Source of the DNA: Nostoc mirabile CHAB5784
GTDB lineage: Bacteria > Cyanobacteriota > Cyanobacteriia > Cyanobacteriales > Nostocaceae
Length of the DNA stretch: 32,000 bases
Direction of reading: 5' to 3'
Assembly (NCBI RefSeq): GCF_020829645.1
Contig: NZ_JAIVFS010000053.1
Location: 18,504-50,503 of the forward strand
Shown: in pieces, positions 8,126 through 15,549 of the stretch
Layout: each line of letters opens with the position of its first letter
Position numbering within the stretch: position 1 is the first letter of the stretch
Made by a program: the position numbers and the translations under genes
The notes under the pieces: model-generated
The model's database searches: none
Told to the model about the DNA's origin: nothing
The model's input: only the letters and a program-made list of their open reading frames with translations

Positions 8126-8815
8126 CTAACCCCAAACACTTCTGCGTTCCCAAAACTGGGCGACCCTTTTTTCCCATTGTTCCCAGTAATCTTTGATAAC
8201 TGCTGATTCAAACCAAAATACCTCAGCTGGCATTTCTGGAATCGCTACTACCAACAAAGCGTGCTTTAGCTGAATGCCATAATCTTGATAATACTCGTTA
8301 GCTGCTCCTATGTACGCCGTAAGTTGCAGTGGATGTTCATATAAATGCTCAATTGAGCCTTTGGGTTTATCTGCTGTTTTCCACTCGCAAATACAGGGAA
8401 TACCTTGATAGCTGGCAATACAATCAACTTTGCCAGAATAACCCAAATCATCATGAAAAACAGAGCCTTCCACTAGTCTAACTGTGTCGATTTGTTCTAA
8501 AACTGGCTTGATACTCTCCCAATAAGGGCGACTTGCTTCGGGACAAACAGGGTTTTGTCCAAGAAGGTAGCGCTCAATTTGCTTGTGTGTTTGGGTTCCC
8601 CGACGACTAGCAGATGTAGTAATACGGGTAGCTTCTTCTGTACCAACACGCGCTTTCCAGTTTAATAATCTGTCTCGGTCTGCTTGTGATTTGGTGGCAT
8701 TAAGTATTGTAGTAACGCTGGGAAAGCGATTTCCCTTGGCATCTACATAATATTGTTTACCATTTTCTCTCTTGGATGTGGCATTAATACGTGGTAGCAG
8801 TTGGGTATCATGCAT
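8126..8815 (-). CDS. PD-(D/E)XK superfamily nuclease (RecB/Cas4-like exonuclease fold)
   Basis: 229 aa. The block GKVDCIASYQGIPCICEWKT fits D-x(n)-E-x-K. The N-terminal block FPSVTTILNAT...RGTQTHKQIERYL is typical of this family. Confidence 0.6.
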   Translation of the reverse strand: MHDTQLLPRINATSKRENGKQYYVDAKGNRFPSVTTILNATKSQADRDRLLNWKARVGTEEATRITTSASRRGTQTHKQIERYLLGQNPVCPEASRPYWESIKPVLEQIDTVRLVEGSVFHDDLGYSGKVDCIASYQGIPCICEWKTADKPKGSIEHLYEHPLQLTAYIGAANEYYQDYGIQLKHALLVVAIPEMPAEVFWFESAVIKDYWEQWEKRVAQFWERRSVWG

Positions 8816-8817
8816 CA

Positions 8818-8852
8818 GTAATTCGTAGTTCGTAATTCGTAATTCGTAATTA
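8818..8852. repeat. Heptamer tract GTAATTC x5 (one variant GTAGTTC)
   Basis: Direct reading. The same heptamer family recurs at 25045-25206. Confidence 0.9.
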
Positions 8853-9153
8853 AGAAAGTGGCGATTATAAATTTCAGTTCATCTTCCACACAGGCAAAAC
8901 TTGCTTTTGCAGGTTTTAAAACTTTAATTTTTATTAGTCCGCGTAGGTAGACTACCCTGCGGTAAGGGAACTCCAACAAATAAATTATTCAATGTTGTGG
9001 GGTGGGCATCTTGCCCGCCCAGTTCACAGGACGGGCGAGACGCCCATCCTACAAGAAATATTGGGATATTTTACTACTTGGAAGTCCCTAAGCCACAAAG
9101 CGTCTATGTTTGTATGGGCGCGAATTCTATTCGCCAGATCATTGAAAATGATT

Positions 9154-9426
9154 TTATTTGGGAAAATAACGATAAATATCTTTCCGGTGTACTACTCGCT
9201 GAAATAAAACTGTTTCTCCATCAAAAATAAGTCCAATACGATAATCACCGACGCGGATGCGATAAGCATTTTCATAACCCTGAAGTTTTTTAAGGTTAGT
9301 AATTTCTTCAAAGATTAATATTTGTGGTATTTATTCAAAAGCAAGGGTTCTAATAGTCTCATAGTAAGGTGTACTTTTCAGAGCCTTGAGATCCTTGATA
9401 AAGCTGGGTAGATATTGGGTAATCAC
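9154..9426 (-). pseudogene. RelE/ParE-family toxin gene with one in-frame TAA (codon 32)
   Basis: Reads VITQYLPSFIKDLKALKSTPYYETIRTLAFE-TAA(9331-9333)-IPQILIFEEITNLKKLQGYENAYRIRVGDYRIGLIFDGETVLFQRVVHRKDIYRYFPK*. Both halves are in the same frame. The second half carries the YRIRVGDYRI...HRKDIY signature. Confidence 0.75.
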
Positions 9427-9428
9427 TC

Positions 9429-9650
9429 TTATTCTAGTTGTGCTAATGCTTCATCAATATTCAAAGGTGTTTCATGTTCTACTGCCTTCATTGCTAAGAT
9501 AAGTCCTTCATCCTCAATAGCTTCTAGCAAGCGTAGATAGTCATCAAAATCTATGACTACTTTGCGGATATTACCTTCCATATCAGTAATCAGTTCTTGA
9601 GCAAAAGGGTATTTATCAGCTTGCATTTGGGTTGTGATTTTAGTTGTCAT
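9429..9650 (-). CDS. Antitoxin (RelB/Phd-like) cognate to the decayed RelE/ParE gene
   Basis: 73-aa ORF ending 2 nt before the toxin GTG, with an acidic C-terminal half (DFDDYLRLLEAIEDEGLILAMKAVEHE). Confidence 0.6.
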   Translation of the reverse strand: MTTKITTQMQADKYPFAQELITDMEGNIRKVVIDFDDYLRLLEAIEDEGLILAMKAVEHETPLNIDEALAQLE

Positions 9651-9840
9651 ACTATGACTTTAGCGTTAATAGATATAGTATGGCTTTAGTAAATGTATTT
9701 GTGAGATTTTACTCAAGAGAAAAACGCGATAAAACCCGCCTTCCAAGATAAATATTAAGAATTTTGTGTTATCTCTTCTCAGATGAGATGCACTAAAGTA
9801 AAATATCTCACAGTTTTATTTTGTAATTAATGGGTAAAAT

Positions 9841-10230
9841 ATGGAGCCTGTAACCCTGACAGCAGCTGCGATCGCAACCTTAGTGATTACAAAAGCTTTT
9901 GAGAAAACTGGCGAAATCCTGGGAGAAAAAGCTTTAGAGCAAGGTGGTAACTTATTATCATTGCTTAAGCGTAAAGAACCTACCACAGCGACAGCTATCG
10001 AACTAGCTCAAGCACAACCTTTAGATTATGGTCAAGCTTCTCTGGTTGAGCAGGTAGAAGAAGCTGCAAAGAAAGACCCTGAAATTGCTCAAGCTGTTAA
10101 GGATGTGGCGGATACTGTTAAATCTCAACCCTCTATCATCCAGAATTTTACGAACACAGTTGATAAAAATTATGGCGGGAATGTTGGGAACGTTTCTAAT
10201 GACAACCGCAATCAAACGTTTAATTTCTGA
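9841..10230 (+). CDS. 129-aa helical protein; probable detached N-terminal module of the downstream STAND NTPase
   Basis: It has a hydrophobic first helix (MEPVTLTAAAIATLVITKAF), amphipathic helices and an N/G-rich tail. It is in the same reading frame as the 10306 ORF, separated only by TGA (10228-10230) and 25 sense codons. Confidence 0.6.
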   Translation: MEPVTLTAAAIATLVITKAFEKTGEILGEKALEQGGNLLSLLKRKEPTTATAIELAQAQPLDYGQASLVEQVEEAAKKDPEIAQAVKDVADTVKSQPSIIQNFTNTVDKNYGGNVGNVSNDNRNQTFNF

Positions 10231-10305
10231 CTACAGTCGCCTGAACGGGAACGGGTAAAGTCAAATCCCTCTACTGAAACACCGCAAAATTTACCCCTGA
10301 GTGGG

Positions 10306-13251
10306 GTGGTGGAGTTTGTTGGACGTGAAGATGAATTGCAAATCCTGCATGAGATGTTGCAGGAAAATAATCAGGTGGTAATTGCTGCGATCGCTGGCAT
10401 GGGTGGACTGGGTAAAACAGAACTGGCCTTACAATATGCAATGGCTCACCGTGAAACTTACAAAGGTGGAATTTGCTGGTTGCTGGCAAAGGCTGGAGAT
10501 GTGGGTATTCAAATTGTGCAGTTTGCCAGAACTCAGCTTGATTTAAACCCACCAGAAGATTTTGATATACTCGCCCAAGTGCAATACTGCTTTCGGCTTT
10601 GGTGCGAGGGTAATGTGCTGCTAGTATTAGACGATGTTGGAGAATATCAACAAGTTAAGCCTTACCTACCTCCGCCATCTTCCCGGTTTAAAGTGTTGAT
10701 TACCACGCGGGAAAAATTACAGCCGCCGATAGTGCTATTACATTTAGATGTGCTGAAACCACTAGCGGCAATCAATTTATTAAAATCTTTGGTGGGTAGA
10801 AAACGACTGCAACATGAGCCTTGGATTGCTAGAAAACTTTGTAAGTGGCTGGGATATTTGCCCTTGGGTTTAGAATTAGTCGGGCGTTATTTGTTAGGTG
10901 ATGAGGAATTATCTCTAGCAGAAATGCTGCAAGACTTGGAAAATGAGCGTCTGACGAATGAATCTTTAGACGAAGCTCGACCAGAAATGACTGCTAAATT
11001 GGGTGTGGCTGCTGCTTTTGAGTTGAGTTGGCGACGTTTGCGAGAAAATGCCCAACTTTTAGGCTGTCTTCTGAGTTTATGTGCCCTAGCTCCGATTCCT
11101 TGGAAACTGGTGGAGGCTATAACAATAGCAGATGAAGCTCAAGATTGGAAAAAAGCCAGACGTGATTTGTTACAGTTACATCTACTCCAATATAAGGGTG
11201 AGAAAATCTACCAACTGCATCCATTGCTAAGGGAGTTTTTCCAATATAAGCTTACAGGTTTAGAACAGGCAGAGGAATTAAAGCGATCGCTTTGCGAGGT
11301 AATGGTAGCAGTTGCAAAAGAAATTTCTGAAAACGCTACCCTTAAGCAAATTACTGCTGTTTCCCCTGCCATTCCTCATATAGCTGAAGTAGCGACTCAT
11401 CTCATTCAATACGTCAGCGATGATGATTTACCTTGGCCTTTCGTCGGCAACGCTAAATTTTATAATGCTCAAGGTTTATATAACCAAGCTTTACCCTGGT
11501 TGGAACAATGTCTAGAAGTCACTAAAAAGCGCTTGGGTGAAGAACATCCATATGTCGCCTCTAGCCTCAGCTTCTTCGCGTTACTCTACCACTCCCAAGG
11601 CAGATACAGCGAAGCCGAACCCCTTTTCATCCAAGCATTGGCACTCAAGCGTCAACTGCTGGGTGAAGAACATCAAGATGTCGCCATTAGCCTCAACAAC
11701 CTAGCAGAACTCTACCGTTCCCAAGGCAGATACAGCGAAGCCGAACCCCTTTACATCCAAGCATTGGCACTCAGGCGTCAACTGCTGGGTGAAGAACATC
11801 AAGATGTCGCCATTAGCCTCAACAACCTAGCAGAACTCTACCGTTCCCAAGGCAGATACAGCGAAGCCGAACCCCTTTTCATCCAAGCATTGGCACTGAT
11901 GCGTCAACTGCTCGGAGATGAACATCCATCTGTCGCCACTAGCCTCAACAACTTAGCTAATCTCTACAACTCCCAAGGCAGATACAGCGAAGCCGAACCC
12001 CTTTTCATCCAAGCATTGGCACTCACGCGTCAACTGCTGGGTGAAGAACATCCAGATGTCGCCCAAAGCCTCAACAACCTTGCCTTACTCTACAACTCCC
12101 AAGGCAGATACAGCGAAGCCGAACCCCTTTTAATCCAAGCTTTGGCACTGATGCGTCAACTGCTGGGTGAAGAACATCCAGATGTCGCCCAAAGCCTCAA
12201 CAACCTAGCTTCTCTCTACAACTCCCAAGGCAGATACAGCGAAGCCGAACCCCTTTTCATCCAAGCATTGGCACTGATGCGTCAACTGCTGGGTGAAGAA
12301 CATCCATCTGTTGCCCAAAGCCTCAACAACCTAGCAGAACTCTACAACTTCCAAGGCAGATACAGTGAAGCCGAACCCTTTTACATCCAAGCATTGGCAC
12401 TCATGCGTCAACTGCTCGGAGATGAACATCCATCTGTCGCCCAAAGCCTCAACAACCTAGCTAATCTCTACAACTCCCAAGGCAAATACAGCGAAGCCGA
12501 ACCCCTTTACATCCAAGCTTTGGCACTCAGGCGTCAACTGCTCGGAGATGAACATCCATCTGTCGCCTCTAGCCTCAACAACCTAGCTTCTCTCTACTAC
12601 TCCCAAGGCAGATACAGCCAAGCCGAACCCCTTTTCATCCAAGCATTGGCACTGATGCGTCAACTGCTCGGAGATGAACATCCATCTGTCGCCTCTAGCC
12701 TCAACAACCTAGCTTATCTCTACTGTTCCCAAGGCAGATACAGCGAAGCCGAACCCCTTTTCATCCAAGCTTTAGCACTCTGGCGCAAACTGCTCGGAGA
12801 TGAACATCCATCTGTCGCCACTAGCCTCAACAACCTAGCGTCACTTTACTACTCCCAAGGCAGATACAGCGAAGCCGAACCCCTTTACATCCAAGCTTTG
12901 GCACTCAGGCGTCAACTGCTCGGAGATGAACATCCAGATGTCGCCTCTAGCCTCAACAACCTAGCGTTACTCTACGACTCCCAAGGCAGATACAGCGAAG
13001 CCGAACCCCTTTACATCCAAGCTTTGGCACTCATGCGTCAACTGCTCGGAGATGAACATCCATCTGTCGCCACTAGCCTCAACAACCTAGCTTCTCTGTA
13101 CTACTCCCAAGGCAGATACAGCGAAGCCGAACCCCTTTACATCCAAGCTTTGGATATTTTTGAGCGACAGTTAGGGTTGAATCATCCCAATACTATTAGT
13201 GTTCGTGAAAATTTAGCATATTTGCGCGATCGCCTCCCCCCACCACAGTAA
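10306..13251 (+). CDS. NB-ARC (STAND) NTPase with a C-terminal array of TPR repeats
   Basis: Walker A is GMGGLGKTELA, Walker B is LLVLDDV, and the LITTRE and GYLPLGLELV (GLPL-like) motifs are present. These are followed by 13 units of 42-aa TPR. There is no ATG start, and the open frame continues upstream to the TGA of the previous ORF. Confidence 0.85.
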   Translation: MVEFVGREDELQILHEMLQENNQVVIAAIAGMGGLGKTELALQYAMAHRETYKGGICWLLAKAGDVGIQIVQFARTQLDLNPPEDFDILAQVQYCFRLWCEGNVLLVLDDVGEYQQVKPYLPPPSSRFKVLITTREKLQPPIVLLHLDVLKPLAAINLLKSLVGRKRLQHEPWIARKLCKWLGYLPLGLELVGRYLLGDEELSLAEMLQDLENERLTNESLDEARPEMTAKLGVAAAFELSWRRLRENAQLLGCLLSLCALAPIPWKLVEAITIADEAQDWKKARRDLLQLHLLQYKGEKIYQLHPLLREFFQYKLTGLEQAEELKRSLCEVMVAVAKEISENATLKQITAVSPAIPHIAEVATHLIQYVSDDDLPWPFVGNAKFYNAQGLYNQALPWLEQCLEVTKKRLGEEHPYVASSLSFFALLYHSQGRYSEAEPLFIQALALKRQLLGEEHQDVAISLNNLAELYRSQGRYSEAEPLYIQALALRRQLLGEEHQDVAISLNNLAELYRSQGRYSEAEPLFIQALALMRQLLGDEHPSVATSLNNLANLYNSQGRYSEAEPLFIQALALTRQLLGEEHPDVAQSLNNLALLYNSQGRYSEAEPLLIQALALMRQLLGEEHPDVAQSLNNLASLYNSQGRYSEAEPLFIQALALMRQLLGEEHPSVAQSLNNLAELYNFQGRYSEAEPFYIQALALMRQLLGDEHPSVAQSLNNLANLYNSQGKYSEAEPLYIQALALRRQLLGDEHPSVASSLNNLASLYYSQGRYSQAEPLFIQALALMRQLLGDEHPSVASSLNNLAYLYCSQGRYSEAEPLFIQALALWRKLLGDEHPSVATSLNNLASLYYSQGRYSEAEPLYIQALALRRQLLGDEHPDVASSLNNLALLYDSQGRYSEAEPLYIQALALMRQLLGDEHPSVATSLNNLASLYYSQGRYSEAEPLYIQALDIFERQLGLNHPNTISVRENLAYLRDRLPPPQ
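11533..13170 (+). repeat. 13 tandem 126-bp coding repeats (42-aa TPR units) with very high internal identity
   Basis: The unit is LGEEHPDVAQSLNNLAxLYxSQGRYSEAEPLxIQALALxRQL, and adjacent units are near-identical at nucleotide level. Confidence 0.9.
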
Positions 13252-13420
13252 AATTTGACTTCTGGGCAAAGCATACCGTGATAAAACTGAAAAGAGCGTT
13301 AGCGGAGCTTACCGAAGGTATCGCTTTAACTCGGCCTTTCCTGTTCTGAACTCTGAGGTAGAATGAGGTTCCCCACAACCTACGCCAGTTTTAGTTTTTA
13401 GCCTTAACCCAAGCGTATTG

Positions 13421-13932
13421 TTATATAGGCAATCGCCTTACTCGGAAAGTTTCATTACTTACAGAAATAATTGTCCCTAACTCTAAATCTTCCTGGCATT
13501 CACTCAAAACTTGAGTCAACCGTTCATTAATTGCATCATAATTTTCGTTCCCCAACCTAAACAAAATCACACTGGGTAAACTATCCCCACTCACGGCTAA
13601 AAGTTGGGCAAAATCTAAATCTATAGCACTTCTCTGTTGAGTACAATACAGACCTAACCCCCAACCCCTTCCCTACTAGCGTTGGGGAGTAAAATTCAAA
13701 GCCTCTCTCCTTTTAGGAGAGAGGAATGGAAGTGAGGTCAAAGTGTATTGCTTCCATTCGAGAACCGCTATATAGTTAATCAAATTCTTCCTTCTGCACG
13801 GGCTTTAATTAAAATCTCATTATCTGGTAGTCTTTGCAAACCTTCATCGCGCAAATGCACCACATCATAACCAGCACCACGCAACCAAGTTACAGTGCGT
13901 AGTGAAATTCCCATATCTGCCAAAAACTTCAT
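13421..13932 (-). pseudogene. DUF5615-type (Mut7-C/PIN-like) toxin gene, inactivated by a TGA codon and a MITE insertion
   Basis: The N-terminal fragment is MKFLADMGISLRTVTWLRGAGYDVVHLRDEGLQRLPDNEILIKARAEGRI-TGA-LTI. The C-terminal fragment is IDLDFAQLLAVSGDSLPSVILFRLGNENYDAINERLTQVLSECQEDLELGTIISVSNETFRVRRLPI*. The frames join exactly when 149 bp are removed. Confidence 0.8.
13627..13770. mobile_element. 144-bp MITE flanked by 5-bp target-site duplication TATAG
   Basis: TATAG occurs at 13622-13626 and 13771-13775. The ends are imperfect TIRs containing TTCTC...CAATACA. The interior has a G/C-rich hairpin (CTCTCTCCTTTTAGGAGAGAG). Confidence 0.7.
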
Positions 13933-13941
13933 TATTACTTG

Positions 13942-14214
13942 TTAAGCACTTTTGAAGGTATAAACCCGTTCTTGAGTCAACCACGCTGCATAAAGAAGAG
14001 ATTGACGAATATCTTCTGCTTCTAAATCAGGATATTCTTCTAAAATTTCTTCTATAGGCTTTCCATGAGCTACCAAATTTACCACTAAAGAAACTGGAAT
14101 TCGCATCCCGCGAATGCAAGCTTGTCCAGCCATAATGCTAGGGTCAAATGTAATTCTCTCCAGACCTAACATAAATGATCGCTCCAAAATCTTTTTTATC
14201 GTTCTGAGGTGCAA
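13942..14214 (-). CDS. DUF433-domain protein (putative antitoxin partner of DUF5615)
   Basis: Reads ITFDPSIMAGQACIRGMRIPVSLVVNLVAHGKPIEEILEEYPDLEAEDIRQSLLYAA. The likely true start is M15 (14172). It ends 9 nt before the DUF5615 ATG. Confidence 0.75.
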   Translation of the reverse strand: MHLRTIKKILERSFMLGLERITFDPSIMAGQACIRGMRIPVSLVVNLVAHGKPIEEILEEYPDLEAEDIRQSLLYAAWLTQERVYTFKSA

Positions 14215-14407
14215 TGATATTGTAAAGCCTAACGCTCTATTTTTGATTTTAAACCCACAAGCGATCGCCTCCCCTCAAATCCAGAATAAACTACATGGAG
14301 CTACAAATTTACAGGTTTTATGAAAAGCGTACCGTAATAAAACTGAAAAGTGCGATCGCCTAGACTAAAATTCATATTGAATTAAGTAAAAATGCCTGAT
14401 TGCTTAC

Positions 14408-14680
14408 TCAAAAGCAGCTTTTACTTTCTCAAAAGCAGCTTTTACTTTCCCTTTTTAGTGTTTTCCACAAGCAAAAGCAGCTTTTACTTCTTCAAAAGCA
14501 GCTTTTAATCTCGCATTTTAGTGTTTTCCACAAACAAAAGCAGCTTTTACTTCTTCAAAAGCAGCTTTTAATTTCGCATTTTAGTGTTTTCCACAAACAA
14601 AAGCAGCTTTTACTTCCTCATTTTGGTGTTTTCCGCAAGCAAAAGGAGCTTTTACTTTCTCAAACCCCAGTTTGCTTTCT
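14408..14680. repeat. Thirteen consecutive 21-bp units: palindrome-bearing type A and DnaA-box-like type B (iteron-like array)
   Basis: Type A is tCAAAAGCAGCTTTTACTTyy with the palindrome AAAAGC-A-GCTTTT. Type B is gCATTTTAGTGTTTTCCACAA. The order is A A B A A B A A B A B A x, and all spacings are multiples of 21 bp. Confidence 0.9.
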
Positions 14681-14835
14681 CATTTGAGTAATTTACGCAT
14701 TCATTTTGGATATCATTGAGCCGAAAGAAAAGCGTAGGCGTAGCCCGCACTTCGACAAAGCTCAGTGACCATCGGAGACATCGCTTTAGTTTAGAGTATA
14801 AATCGACAAGCGATCGCCTAGTTTAGAGATGAGCA

Positions 14836-15225
14836 TTACTCAAATAAATCAAATCCCTTTTCGCTTCTCAACTTTCTGTCAAAAGTTGCTGTTGAACTAC
14901 AACCAGAATTTTGAGCAATTACACCAATTAAATAATCAGAAAAATCTGCACTTCCCTGCTGAAATCGCTGTAATGCTTGATAAACTATAGAACGATTTTC
15001 TAACTCAAATACAGAACATTGCAGCATCAAATCTATGGTGTTACTAATTTCTTCACTACTAAATTGATAAGGGTTCCCGCGCAAAACCCAGACTAATTCA
15101 CAGAGAACTATATTAGCAACAAAACATTGCTCTCCCCTTTCGATAATTTCCGCAGCTTGCTTCCACTGCTTTTCATCATCTTTTGTCAGGTAACGCACTA
15201 AAATATTTGTATCAAGTCCAATCAC
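14836..15225 (-). CDS. vapC: PIN-domain toxin (VapC family)
   Basis: The N-terminus is MIGLDTNILVRYL and the protein is 129 aa. It overlaps the upstream AbrB-type antitoxin gene by 14 nt. Confidence 0.85.
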   Translation of the reverse strand: MIGLDTNILVRYLTKDDEKQWKQAAEIIERGEQCFVANIVLCELVWVLRGNPYQFSSEEISNTIDLMLQCSVFELENRSIVYQALQRFQQGSADFSDYLIGVIAQNSGCSSTATFDRKLRSEKGFDLFE

Positions 15226-15457
15226 TTGAACCTTCTTGGATTGCTGCTTCCATTTCTTCTAAAGTTGCGCTTTTCATCCCCGGACGGTGTAAAATCCCCG
15301 ATAAGCTTTGGATGGGGATATTTAGGGGAATCAGTTTAACTGTTCCATTTTCATCAATGACAAAATCAACCTTACTACCTGGATCAAGGTTAAGATAATC
15401 CCTAATTTCTTGAGGAATAGTTATTTGTCCTTTACTGGTGATGGTCGCACTAGCCAT
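15212..15457 (-). CDS. vapB: AbrB/SpoVT/MazE-fold antitoxin (VapB)
   Basis: Reads MASATITSKGQITIPQEIRDYLNLDPGSKVDFVIDENGTVKLIP, a looped-hinge-helix signature. Confidence 0.85.
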   Translation of the reverse strand: MASATITSKGQITIPQEIRDYLNLDPGSKVDFVIDENGTVKLIPLNIPIQSLSGILHRPGMKSATLEEMEAAIQEGSSDWT

Positions 15458-15549
15458 ACGCGTTTTCCTTACATCAGTTCCTTGTTTAAGGATAACGTCT
15501 ATTGACTAATCCAGAAAGCGATCGCTCTTATGTGGTTGTGAATAATGGC

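Noticed and set aside
8992-9230. Two overlapping plus-strand ORFs (71 and 77 aa)
   Set aside because: They run through a dispersed hairpin repeat (9000-9050) and are antisense to a clearly recognisable RelE/ParE reading on the minus strand.
11533-13170. Possible CRISPR or satellite signal from the 126-bp periodicity
   Set aside because: The periodicity lies within a long open reading frame and encodes canonical TPR units, so these are coding repeats.
14408-14680. Possible CRISPR array
   Set aside because: There are no unique spacers. The 21-mers abut one another and both unit types repeat, the units are shorter than CRISPR repeats, and no cas genes are present.
14361-14680. Calling this the chromosomal oriC outright
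   Set aside because: No dnaA or dnaN gene lies nearby, there are only three perfect boxes and they are copies of one duplicated unit, and I cannot compute skew. I keep it as a hypothesis in the findings rather than as a feature call.
14400-14687. 95-aa ORF (QKQLLLSQKQLLL... repeats) in the ORF track
   Set aside because: Its periodic sequence is simply the translation of the 21-bp DNA repeat array. It has no plausible protein features, so I treat it as non-coding.
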